The position numbers were made by a program, and so were the translations under genes. A DNA stretch of 61,661 bases, the filler included, from Choristocarpus tenellus KU-1152 (Eukaryota > Protista > Phaeophyceae), in NCBI GenBank assembly GCA_964200185.2. It is 10 parts of 10 records of this genome, joined end to end, with 100 filler letters (N's around TTAATTAATTAA, not from the genome) between each part and the next. Parts side by side here need not be neighbours in the genome. Positions count along the whole stretch, not along the records: positions 47,869 to 52,119 come from CAXNAD020015480.1; positions 52,220 to 56,668 come from CAXNAD020014497.1; positions 56,769 to 61,661 come from CAXNAD020012637.1; 7 more parts are not named here. One strand, 5' to 3'. The notes under the pieces are model-generated. The model was not told the origin of the DNA. It made no database searches and saw only the letters and a program-made list of their open reading frames with translations. Within the stretch, counting starts at the first letter, position 1; every line of letters begins with the position of its first letter. This document shows positions 50,930 to 61,661 of this stretch, piece by piece.

Positions 50930-52119
50930 CAATGGGTCTCTCCGCCTGGAAACACACCAAGTACAGGCACAGATACCCGCAAGTTCGAGGGGCTTAGACC
51001 TATCCTCCATGAAACATTGCCAGCATTTAGCTTTTGTGGGATCGCTAGAAACCACTCTCTCTACCCTCCTAAGCAAGGAAGAAAGGGCCCCATGAAGAGG
51101 ATTCACACAGGCCATCTGTACAAGCCGCATAGTTCGGGTCCTAGGATCATCTATCCTCACCCTCGGGAGTCCCCCGGGAAGACTTGGCAGGATTTATTGG
51201 TCAAGGCAGGGTAGCCTGGAGAGGAACAACAATCCCTACCCGTCGTGGAGGTCCGCAATCTAGGAGCCCACAACACCAGGATCACAAGGATGGTGGTACA
51301 ACATGAGATGACCCACCCCCTGAACAGGATCCCATTTGATTCTTTCCGGATGCAACTAGACAACCTCCCGGATGATGCGAAACAAGGGAGGGAAAGTTCT
51401 TTGTCAACCCTGGCCCACCACCAGAGCTAGTGTGGACAGCGTACCAAGGCGTGGGCTTCCACCCAGTTCCTGGAATCAGCATGTCAGATCCCTCCAGTAG
51501 AGATTAGACTCACTTCTAAGGGGATCTCTAGGGAGGGAGGAGGTTCTATCCAGAAGGTGCCCAGCAGGAGGCATATAATGTTGACACTAGAAATACTCGT
51601 ACCTTCCCTAGGGCAGGAGGACAGGTGCGCAAGCACATGCCAATGGTTAAGCATCTAGGCCAACTCTGTAAGAGAATGGGCATCCCTTTCAGTATGGAGG
51701 ATGGTAGCCCATTCACATTGGATCGGATCATGGATGTGGTCTTCCATGAGGGGGTACTTGAGGACGCTGGCTTGACTCCAAGCCGGGACAGACCTCCTCC
51801 TGGATGTTGCATTTGCAGAAGCGCAAGCAGTCTCCCATCTGCCACATTCATCCGCCAGCAACGGTGTAGCTGCTACTGCAGCATAGCCACAAAAGCACAC
51901 CCACTATAAGGGGTTTTTTGACCCTCGTAGTTTTAACTCAATACCTTCACAGTGGAAAGTTTTGCGCACCTCAGGATGCAAGCAGAAGAGTTTTTAGATG
52001 AGTTAGATACACAAGCAATGGGGAGGAGAGGGGCGGGAGGTTATGTTACAGGCGCCCCTCAATGCTCACCTTCCAGGATGTACAACTCAAATCCAACGAC
52101 CTCAAAACGATGCTATAGG
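50930..52119 (+). mobile_element. Decayed non-LTR retrotransposon with restriction-like endonuclease (CRE/NeSL-like), C-terminal part
   Basis: QAQIPASSRGLDL..AFVGS (QA.LP...GGLG motif), GGQVRKHMPMVKHL..KRMGIPFSMED...MDVV (RH..V and PD-like region), FTVESFAHL...AEEFLDEL. Confidence 0.7.
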
Positions 52120-52234
52120 NNNNNNNNNNNNNNNNNNNNNNNNNNNNNNNNNNNNNNNNNNNNTTAATTAATTAANNNNNNNNNNNNNNNNNNNNNNNNN
52201 NNNNNNNNNNNNNNNNNNNGGGGGGGGGGGGGGG

Positions 52235-52272
<38 letters not shown>

Positions 52273-52273
<1 letters not shown>

Positions 52274-54067
52274 AGTAAGAAGGCTGCAATTGGAAAGAAG
52301 GTGGAGTCAAGGCCAGGCCCACGAATGTCTGAGCTGGAGGTAGCTGTGCGAGCAGCTATGGTTGGCGGGGGGCATAGCAGGGCCTTGGCAAGGGCAAGCC
52401 TGGTGCACTCAGCTGAGGAGAGGTGGGTCTTGCTTGCGGGCTCGGCGGGAGGGTTGGGGGGGGGGGGGGGGGGGGGTTTGTGCTTTGGCACTTGTGTGTG
52501 GATATTTTTGGAGGCAAGAGTGTGTTTGGTTTGGACTGGTGCTGGGGAGGTTTTGATTTGACTTGAGCTCTTCTTTGGGTGTTCTGGGTTTGGTTTATCT
52601 TCCGCACATTGGTGGGGGATGTTTGTGTGCGTTGGGGCCTGCATATGGCTCCCCTTATTTTTATTATTTTTTACTGGGGTTCTTCGTACCCCTTAGAGAA
52701 AAGGGCGTTTTTATGTGCTGCTTCAGAAGGTAAGTGAGTGAGAGGTTGCGTTTTTTTGGGAGGTCGAGTGTTGATGTGATCTTTTTGTTTTCTTTGTTTG
52801 GGATGTAAGGTTAAGAAAAAGCATGTTTTTTTTAACTCGGTGCGTCATTAGACCTCTACTACCGAACTGTTGAAATGGGTGAGGGACAGAGAGAGACACA
52901 ATGGTGTTGCTGTAGCCAGGAAGGCGTACCTTAAGTCGAACCAACCGCCTTGTGCAACGGGGCATGCACAACTTGGATCAGAAATAAATAAGTACTTGTT
53001 CCACCGTTGCAGTCCTCAGTTATTATCCATCTCATATCCCATCACGTTGGGCTATCCAAATCCACTATTTTCCCCAGCAGCTTCATCCATATTCCCTGTG
53101 CGTGCGTGTGGTTGTGTGCCTGTGTGGTGTCAGCTCCCGCCAGGGAGAGGGAGAGGCTCTGCTGGAGCTGCTCTCGAGGGACATGATGAGGATAATGAAA
53201 GTCAATGCCCAACTGCTCAAGGGTCTGCAGGAGTGCTCCAAGTTGGGACCTCCTCCGCGTCGAAGGTTAGTTGGATGGCGTAACTGTAGTAGGCGCTGTC
53301 CTCTTGCCTTGGTGCCTCTGTGCATCTTTTGTCTCTTAGGGTTTGGGTTTGGGTTGTTGTCAACGGTTCTTTTATCGTTGGATTGAAGCACTTCTCTTTC
53401 ACTGCGATTACGCACGAGAGGATGCGTGAATCGTGAGGGGTGAGATCGTTGGACGCGCTTTGGCAAGGCTTTTGCGGTCCGTAGCTGTCTTCACCTCTCG
53501 CCTGCCAGGGTCAACAAGAACTTGTCCTTTTGATGTCGACGTGGAACACTTTTTTCTCCGCTTCAGTGCAAAACAAATTTCACCAAGGTCTGCCTGCACC
53601 CGGGTGCATGTATATCTTTGGCTCGATGTCAGAGATGCGCCCTGCTTTTCAAGGCAATCTCACAAAGAAATGGACCCGTCGTGGCCTAGTATTAGCTCCC
53701 CCCTTCTGAACGGAATCCATTTCAGGGCTGGTTCAGGTTCTCAACTCGAGGAAGGTGGGGGAGGAGTTCAAGAAGAATGACTTTGCTAACGTTTCATAGA
53801 CTCAAGAGTTGTCTCTTGAAGTTACCTCCAGGCACACTCTCCTGCTCATCTCAAAGCTCACAGCTCAGAACCCACTCTAATACCTCTCAACTCTACCCAA
53901 ACTGTATGATTAATATTTTTTATTTTTGTGGGGTACTGTATAGGCGCATGCCAAACACCCCCAAGATCAGGGCCCTGAGAAGGGAGCACGAGTGTCTACG
54001 AGCTCGTCTGGAGCGCTTGGAGATCAGGGCTTCAGCAAGAGAAAAAAGAATGACCAAGAACAGCTAG
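52273..54067 (+). CDS. 3' exons (~52273-52422, 53134-53265, 53944-54067) of a hypothetical protein with C-terminal coiled coil; partial
   Basis: Phase-2 AG/GT junctions give a continuous frame ending ...IRALRREHECLRARLERLEIRASAREKRMTKNS*. Confidence 0.7.
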
Positions 54068-54749
54068 GGAGGGAGAGGCACAGCCATGAAATGGGAGAGA
54101 CCACTTGAAGGGATCCACCTCCATGTTCTCCTGGGGTATTTTATTCTTGATAGTTATATACGATATGTATCTACTCTGCCAAGGATTAGATCATAGTTGG
54201 GTATATTGTTGTTGCATGGTTTTGTTTGACTTACTTTGGCACCATAGAAGCTGTCGCGGTAGGTGGTGGGGGGTATGTTGGGTGTGGGAGAGAGATTGGA
54301 GCAAGAAACCATCTCTACTTGACTGGTTGGTAATTTGTGTGTGTGTGTGTTGAGATTGTTGTACTTTATGCTGGGATGAAGGGTGATGGCGAGGGAAGTC
54401 AGTTTTGGTCCCACTCCTCGATGCCTCCGGTTCTGGTTTTGTGACTTGTTTGATGTTCATTGTACTAGTGTGTGTAGGTGTAGGTGGGTGGGTCTGAGCA
54501 TGCCTTTGTGTGCACCTGTGCCTTGTGCAGGTGTTGGGACATTGCATTGGTGGTATTTGGAAGTTTTGTGCCACCTTGGAAGAGCAAGTGAAGTATGTGA
54601 CAAGGAGTTTACTTTGTGCTGTAGGGTTGGCATCATGGACAGCAGGAAACTGAAGGTGTATTCATCCCCCCTGCTCTATTGATATTGCTAAGTTTTCGGC
54701 TATTGTTGATCATTTTGCCGTGTCACGATGAGTAGGGGGATATAGATAG

Positions 54750-55800
54750 GTGCCGTAGATATAAATAACTACTGTTGAAAGGATCATGATGTTTAAGTTA
54801 TAATTGGAGAACTTGGACCGACGAACAACAGGAAATTGTATCCATCTTCTTGAAGTTTGTTGGATTAAAAAAAAAATGTTGGGTTGTTTCTACTCTATTT
54901 GACTTGAACGTGGATAGACGGGTTGCTACCACTAATTACACTCACTCTCAACTTGCACTGGGCCAAATAGTTGTCCTGAGTTGAGGATTATTATTCTTGT
55001 GTTCGGTTATCGTCGCCCATCCCGTGAACGATCTCCTATCATCATGAAAAAAAGTCTTACAAAAACTACCTTCTCCCACCTCACCTATTCTCCTACGATG
55101 TCCCACTCCAACTTTATACGCAATATATACATACATATATATTAGTGGATGTCGGATGGATGGACACTGTTCAAAGGTTTGAAGACTCAAAGTATCTGGG
55201 GGGGAGTGCGACTCTCCAGTTGGGGTCATTTTTTTCATTTCGCGAATTTTGTGTGATTTGGTTGCATACGCCGGGAATGGATAATGTATGTGGACTTTTT
55301 CTGGTCATGACCCAAATGGGCAACCTTGTGTAACCCCCCCCGCCCCCCCAGATACTTTGGGTCTGAAGCAGCAAGGTTCCAAAAGTTGGAAGATTGGACT
55401 TTCCGAATGTAGGCGAGCGTGATACGCCACAAGATACAGCAGATCCAGACTTTAAATGTGTGCACCACGAGCAAATAGGAAAATGCACTGGGGTAGATAC
55501 GTCGTTGGTTGTATCTTAAGTTTGATATTATGTAGAGCTCTTCAAGCGATACTACCATGGAAGATACTACGTATTGACGATAGATACTAACAGGAGGGAT
55601 AGAGAGGTGTAAAAATATCGAAAAAGTCGAAGAGGACCCAACCAATCGATGTAGTATCAAGATCCCATGGGGGACCTGGTTATTTCTGGATTGTTTCGGG
55701 TCTTGTTTCAACCTGTCCCTCAAACAGTGTAAGAGTATTATTACTATTAACAGAGGAGGGATTATTCGTCTCCTCCACAAAGAGGTATCACAGACAAAAA
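54750..55800 (-). mobile_element. Possible old Copia RT/RNase H remnant interrupted by a MITE
   Basis: LHRLVGSS, then DDRRSFTGW...TIWPS resemble Copia YR.LVGSL and DRRS.TG...I.W.S; very degraded. Confidence 0.3.
55184..55363 (-). mobile_element. MITE family A, full length (180 bp), TSD TGAA
   Basis: GACTCAAAGTATCTGGG...CCCAGATACTTTGGGTC flanked by TGAA on both sides. Confidence 0.9.
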
Positions 55801-56467
55801 GTTGATTCTTTTAAAAAGAAACATCTTGATAAGAAATGAGGTCTACTAGTCTGTACTATTTTAAAATATTTTTGTTTAGGACCAATAATTGTTTGTGGTT
55901 GCTATTCATACTTAACCACTGAATTTCCACTTCGATCTTCCTACTTCAAATTTTAAAATTACGTTCAAACCTCATCGCGAATCGCTTGCGTATTATTAAT
56001 GAAAGTATAGATACTACGATAATATTATGAAACTTTCTAGACTTGCCCCAAAAAAACATAACTCCATTACAAAGACTATTACAACCTTGAATATATCAGC
56101 AGTTGCCAATGTGAACATACCTAGTTAAAAAAAATATGTACTAATACATTTGAACGCTTACAATTATAAATCATTATATATATATATATATATTATTATG
56201 CTGTCTGACATTTTGCAAATTTGTAAAACAGTTGTTGTACATGTAAAAGATAGGAACCTACTGACAGTTACAAACCTGTTTCACATACATTCTATCATGT
56301 CATGCCATGCCCAATTTGGACGAAATGATCGGCACACGACTTGACGGGCACCATTACCAGCTAGGCACACACTGGCTGCCACAAAACCTTTATACTTAGC
56401 AAATTATTCTAGAAAGTACTTAAATCATTTTATGAGTCAAATTTTCAGAACATTTCGACACACGACT

Positions 56468-56668
56468 GAGAGGAACTATCTTAGAGGGTACGAATTTTCC
56501 CCTGTTTGTCCATTTGTGGGGCTTGACTTCCCATGGGTTTTATTATGACATTTCACCGACTCCAAAATGTTTCGGAGTAGGTAAAATGTATACATTATTA
56601 AAGGTGTGTCCGAAACATAGATATTGACACTTCCTAACAAACACGATAGCCAAAATTTCATCAAAATC
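56468..56668 (-). mobile_element. MITE family B, truncated by contig end
   Basis: TATCTTAGAGGGTACGAATTTTCCCCTGTTTGTCCATTTG is the reverse complement of the family B right end. Confidence 0.88.
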
Positions 56669-57093
56669 NNNNNNNNNNNNNNNNNNNNNNNNNNNNNNNN
56701 NNNNNNNNNNNNTTAATTAATTAANNNNNNNNNNNNNNNNNNNNNNNNNNNNNNNNNNNNNNNNNNNNGGAGGAGGGAGTGGTTTGTGTGGTGGGGGGAA
56801 AGAGGTCGGTGGGATAGGTGGGGGGGGGGGAGGAGGGTCTACCAAGCAAGATAGCATGAAAACATTTTGAGGGGTGCATCATGGACTCAAGAGCATCATT
56901 TGTATTCAAGATGCCACCTTCCATTTTCTCAAACAAACTGTGTGCTGTTTGTGTGAGGCACTTGCATCAACCTTAAGCTAAGCTGAACTTTGTTGAAGGA
57001 CCAAGAGCTGAAGGTACGAATGATAATACATTTAAAATCAATATAGTACAACCAAAACAAAGCATAGAGCGGTCTAGAATATTTTTATTGCAG

Positions 57094-58901
57094 TGCCTTT
57101 AGTGATAAGCCCGTACCTTGACGTTTTTCTTTCCACAATTCCTATCTGTATGGCATCAGCAATCAATGTCTGTTTCATCGTTGACTTTGTTTCACTGCTT
57201 CTGTCGATGATTGAAGCAATAGATGAGGTGTTCCAAGTAAGTGGGGGGGTGAAGGGGGAGCTATGACTCACCTCTTAAGAATAATCTGGTAAAGACTTCT
57301 GATCAGAATATCTTGGGATCATGAAGCTCTGGGAGGGGGGAGGAGGGGCGGGGGGAATCATCATACCCTTTGTTCTAAGTATTTTGTAGATGAGCACCAC
57401 TTCAAGTTTGACGTAAATGGGCGAGTAGATTAATCTTAAATGAAAGCTGTGCATTGTTTCTGAAGTTACCAACCAGGCTAGTAACCGTGCTCCTTATTCA
57501 CCGCCACCTTGCAATCCAATCTTTGGTCTTCCTGCTATTGCCATGCCTATCATCTCATCCCCGCCCCCCCCTTTTCTTCCCCCCCCTCTGGCCCAACTCT
57601 GGATTATTTTTGGTGGGATCAATAGTCCTGGGAACCCCCCCTTCCTGCCCCCCACAGCTCAGGACACCCGTGCCCTCCTTGTGCCCCTCGCAGTTGGTGC
57701 ATTCATTTCACTGTCTCGAGCCTTGAGGGCTCTGGCAGGTATAATACTCACCGCTTCACGAAATCCCATGCAAAAACAGTGGTCAGTTCCAGAGGGTTTC
57801 CCTGATGACACTCACATCGAAACCACTGACAGTGATAGCGCTCAACAAGGAGTCAGGCAGGGATTGCCATTGGCAGTTTTCATTAATGAGGGGGGAGAAG
57901 TGAAACCCCAAGGACTTCAGTTGCACGAATCAAGGAGTCCATCTTTTGGAAGCTTTGAGACTGGGGATGGAACGGTGAGGGGTGGTGGAGCTAGTCGTTT
58001 GCCACACTCAGCACCCCCTCGAGACTCTCACTCATTTGCTAACTGTGATGGTGATTCACCTTTACTATCGTCTGGTTATGTGTTGGAGAGGAGGAGAGAC
58101 AGTGCACCCCCCAGACCCTCGGCAGTAGATTTGGCGGGTGCATTTGTGATGGACATGGCGAGTGCGGCTGGGAAGGTCTTAACAAATGTTGCCACAACCA
58201 CCGTGGGCCTTGATGAGGATGGTGGTGATAAACAGAATAGGCCAAGGAGAAGGCGGCAGAGTTCTGCATCAATATCCTCAGCCCGTGGGCATCTTAGAGT
58301 CCTGGGTGAGCATGATAAAATTGGTGGTTTGGGGGTGCTGGCTCCCCTTGCCTTGCCCTCAACACCCCACCGGGGGCTAGGGAGAGGAGGGAGAGGGGGC
58401 AGGAGCTTGCTTGATATCGGATCAACGCATGGGAGCACCTGCAGTGATGGGTACACGAGCAATGTCAGCTTACTTTCCCCCCAGTCATCATCCAGCTGCC
58501 ATGAGTTTATGATATATCGGTGGGTGCCCCTTTTGACAATGGATTATGAAGATGTTAACAGGGGGGATTCAAGGTTCTTACACATACCCACAGATTTGCG
58601 TATGTATGTATGTATGTATGTATGGTTCACTGTCTAAACTATGCAGTGTATGACGTTGTCTTCAAAGCAAACAGGAATAACGATATTGCCTCATATCAAC
58701 TCTTATTCAGTGAGAATACAAGAAATACAATGGAGCACTAATAATTGTCCAGACAATGTCACAAGATCAATGTGTAGGTGCTTGAGGATGCTTTGCTTAG
58801 ACTGGTGGATCAGGGGCAGGTAGAGACTAAAATTTTCCCTTAGTATATGACATACACCTTTTTTTTATATGGACAAAACCGGGTTGTCATTTCCTCTCGT
58901 G

Positions 58902-58942
<41 letters not shown>

Positions 58943-59641
58943 ACTCACATTCTACTGCTATATCCATTGTAATTTTTCTCAGACCCAATTCCTTGACCCG
59001 AAATTATTGATACCTTTGATAGGATGCTAGCAGAAGGTCGATTAGATCAGAAGGAAGCTGAACAGATGGTTCAGGAGTATGTGGACCTCAGCCCCCTTAG
59101 ATTGAATGACCGCATCAATCCGGTTCTTGGTGGGGGTGGAGATGAGCTCCGGAAGCCCAGTCCAGCCGGGTACAAGGGACGGCAGTTCAGTCCCGTGAAG
59201 AGAATTAAAAACCAAAAGGGTAGCCCTGACCTACGAGGGAGCCAGCAGGCTGAGGAGGAAGGGGAAGCAGAGGATGAAGGCTTGAATGGAGTTGTTGAAA
59301 AGCCTGGAAAGGGAGGAGGGGGAGACGAAGGAGAGGAGGGTGGGGAGGGTGGGGCAGAGGGCCAAGGAAGTGTTGAAGAGGAATTTCGTGGGGTGAAGGA
59401 GGCCCAGGTTGGGGATAAGGCAAAGGAAGTCGAAGGGCAAGAGGTGAAGGAGATGGGGGCAGATGATCTGAATCAGGAAAGGGATGTGGAGGGAGGGGCA
59501 AGTGGAGAAAAAAATGACGTGGTTGGGGATGTAGTGGACAAAGAGAAGGGAGATATTTTGAATATGAAGGGATCTCCACCCCCATCTCCTCCTCCCAGGC
59601 TCGTTATGGACATGCTGCATGTAGGGAGTGATTCACTCTGA
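57094..59641 (+). CDS. 3' exons (57094-57236, 57663-58519, 59023-59641) of a hypothetical protein with hydrophobic segments and a long low-complexity acidic tail; partial
   Basis: Phase-compatible AG/GT exons; long open frames 57543-58637 and 59024-59641. Confidence 0.75.
58903..58949. repeat. (CA)n microsatellite, intronic
   Basis: Run of CA dinucleotides; similar runs at ~16237 and ~16540. Confidence 0.9.
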
Positions 59642-60549
59642 AGTTACTTGCTTTGGGGGGGAGGGTTACATCCTTGGGAGAAGGATATTGATCACTCATG
59701 GAGAGAGATGGAAATAGTTGCCTTGAGTTCTGTGTACTGCACCCCCTTTTGGTCAAAAGAAATGAAAGGTTACTTGTAGTTCCTGCTGATACATAATGTG
59801 CTACCCATGACGATGTGGGTGCACCAATTCTGAATGGCCTATGCTGGGTTGGTGTCAGACAAAGTCCCTGATTAAGCTTTTTGTTTTATAGTGCCTTGTT
59901 GTTAGATTTATGCGTTTGAATATAGCCATGCATTCCTTTTCCTTTTTAGTTGAGGCAGTTGTCAGGGAATGTCCTCCCGTCAGAACAAGTCATCTGTATG
60001 AATATGTCTGATTTTTCAGGGTTTGGAAGGGAACAGCCAGTGTGTTGGTATGCAAATAGAGACCATAGGCATGTGTTTGCAGGTGCGACTTACTGGATAA
60101 TTTGGATCAACAAGGTTGTGTCTTTGTTTGATGTGCTTCCAAGAATTTATTTGTCTACGTGAGGCAACTTTGTTTGCTCAAAGGTGTTGCAGGGGGTGGT
60201 CTCTGTTGATGCACTATGAGTTTTAGAGTGTGGCGCTCTCTGTACAGGGTGCATGCAATAGCACAGGTAAACACTTCTATTTATCATTTATGTATGTATG
60301 TGTGTGTGTTGTTGGGTCCCTGCCTTGGTCAATGTGATTTCTATGTGTCACTTATTGGTTGACAAACACGAAAGGGGTTGGTTGCCTTTGCCATCTTTCC
60401 AAAGCACACTGCTAAAATCCCTTTTGTAGGTTGCAGAGAGGGTGCTGTATGTATGTCCAGCCTACCCTGACTGTGCCTCTTGTTGTCTCATCTCGTCCTT
60501 ACCAATTCCGCGTTCAATTTTCGTTGGTTTGAATTTTTCTTAGACAGGT

Positions 60550-61450
60550 GCTCGAAACTGATCCTAGTGGTGTTTGCTTGACTGTGGTGTGAATCTGGAG
60601 ATAGTGCATCCATCTTAATATTGTTGCACCTTTTGCATACAATCTTGATCCCATCTTTATTTCATAGATTTTGAGTTATCCTTGTCCCCAGTGGCGAGGA
60701 CCGTTGTGATTTAGAGGAGTGTTGAGGCTTGCTTTACGTCTTGCAGGATATAGCAGAAGGTGTCTCGCTGTCAGTTGAAGAGTTCTATGACACACAGTAG
60801 TTGCAGTTGGAACCTTCAATGTGGGAAAGGAAGCACCGCATGAAGCACTGCATTGAGGTGTTGTTGTTCTCATTATTGGATGTTCTTTTGCTTTGTGATG
60901 ATTTGTGCTAGATGGTCCATCCAACCCCCATAGTGCGCTTGTTTGATCTTTTTGTCCCTTTTTTGTATGCACATAAGTATGCTCGGTAGCACAAAGCAAA
61001 CAACCAGAAATAGATAAAGGTATTTAAGTATTAACAATAATGGTATAGTAGTAATTGTGCATTCCAACAATGAAACAGTTTTTTTATAATGCTATTCTTG
61101 GTTCTTGTCTACTTGTTGGGGTCATCATGTGTGCTGTCTCGATCAGAAGCATTCTTATTGCAGATCATGGAACTAGCTAGATCGACTCCTCTAGCCACCT
61201 AGATTACACGTACATGCTCTTACAAATGCTGAGTAAATGCGAGTAGTTAGTAAAAGTATACGAGAGGTGCCCAGCGTTGCGTTTTAAGGGTTCTGACCAA
61301 TGTGCAAGTTTCAGTATATTTTACAAATGCGAAGAGGAACTTTTCTTAATTTTGTCGAAGGTTTTCAAACAACGGAGAAATCAGTGCTCTCGAGTCATTC
61401 TGACCACTTCATCCATAGAATGGTGAACTGTAGAATATGAAAAAAGTGAC
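60550..61450 (-). pseudogene. Possible decayed hAT transposase
   Basis: VCHRTLQLTAR resembles hAT C..HTLQL; upstream QAHYGG resembles HTG. Otherwise degraded. Confidence 0.35.
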
Positions 61451-61587
61451 TCAAAGTGCAAAACGACCAAAACCAGTGTACCTTACTTCGACTCAGTGAG
61501 TATTGTTTTGGTAGCTGCCCGTTCAGATTTGTAAGTGTAACAATATTTTCTCTAACTGGAATTTCACAATCAATGAGGTACAGGCAT

Positions 61588-61661
61588 CACCCAAAGTATC
61601 TGGGGGGGGGGGAGGGGGTCTACACCAGGGTGTCCGTTTGGACCAAAACCAGGAAAAGTGC
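61588..61661 (+). mobile_element. MITE family A, left end, truncated by window end
   Basis: CACCCAAAGTATCTGGGGG...GTCTACACCAGGGTGTCCGTTTGG. Confidence 0.85.

Noticed and set aside
52168-52644. Poly-Pro ORF and other ORFs running through linkers or MITEs (e.g. 11296-11535, 44654-44965, 47876-48142, 55171-55488)
   Set aside because: Products of poly-G/C runs, N linkers or non-coding MITE sequence.
1-61661. Fanzor/TnpB, intact transposase, tRNA, rRNA or telomeric arrays
   Set aside because: No RuvC-like or intact DDE ORF, no cloverleaf or rRNA-like sequence recognised; TTAGGG occurs only as one or two units (e.g. ~20533).

Overview
Eukaryotic, intron-rich, repeat-rich nuclear DNA, most consistent with a brown alga or a close photosynthetic stramenopile relative (inference from gene content: plastid-type TPR protein, POMP-like adhesin, VHVDD-type Copia). 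The window is not one locus. It is ten contigs joined by nine identical artificial 100-bp linkers (N44-TTAATTAATTAA-N44): 1-7290, 7391-11483, 11584-15655, 15756-22249, 22350-40870, 40971-44523, 44624-47768, 47869-52119, 52220-56668 and 56769-61661. Three spliced genes can be reconstructed completely: a TKL-type protein kinase, a plastid-type TPR protein with a GC-AG intron, and an SLC25A32-like mitochondrial carrier lying head-to-head with the TPR gene. Partial genes include a MUG/TDG-family glycosylase, an EF-hand protein, a GGAI/FxxN beta-helix adhesin with duplicated mucin-like exons, and three hypothetical proteins. Mobile DNA includes a decayed Copia with PPT and 3' LTR, hAT, pogo-like and RLE-type non-LTR remnants, and about 18 copies of two MITE families that share bipartite termini and make 4-bp target duplications. 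The most unusual structure is a ~3.3 kb, highly diverged 119-bp tandem array abutting the Copia LTR; its unit can be parsed as a 54-nt exon plus a 65-nt intron. I found no CRISPR array, rRNA, tRNA or intact transposase. All alignments were done by eye.
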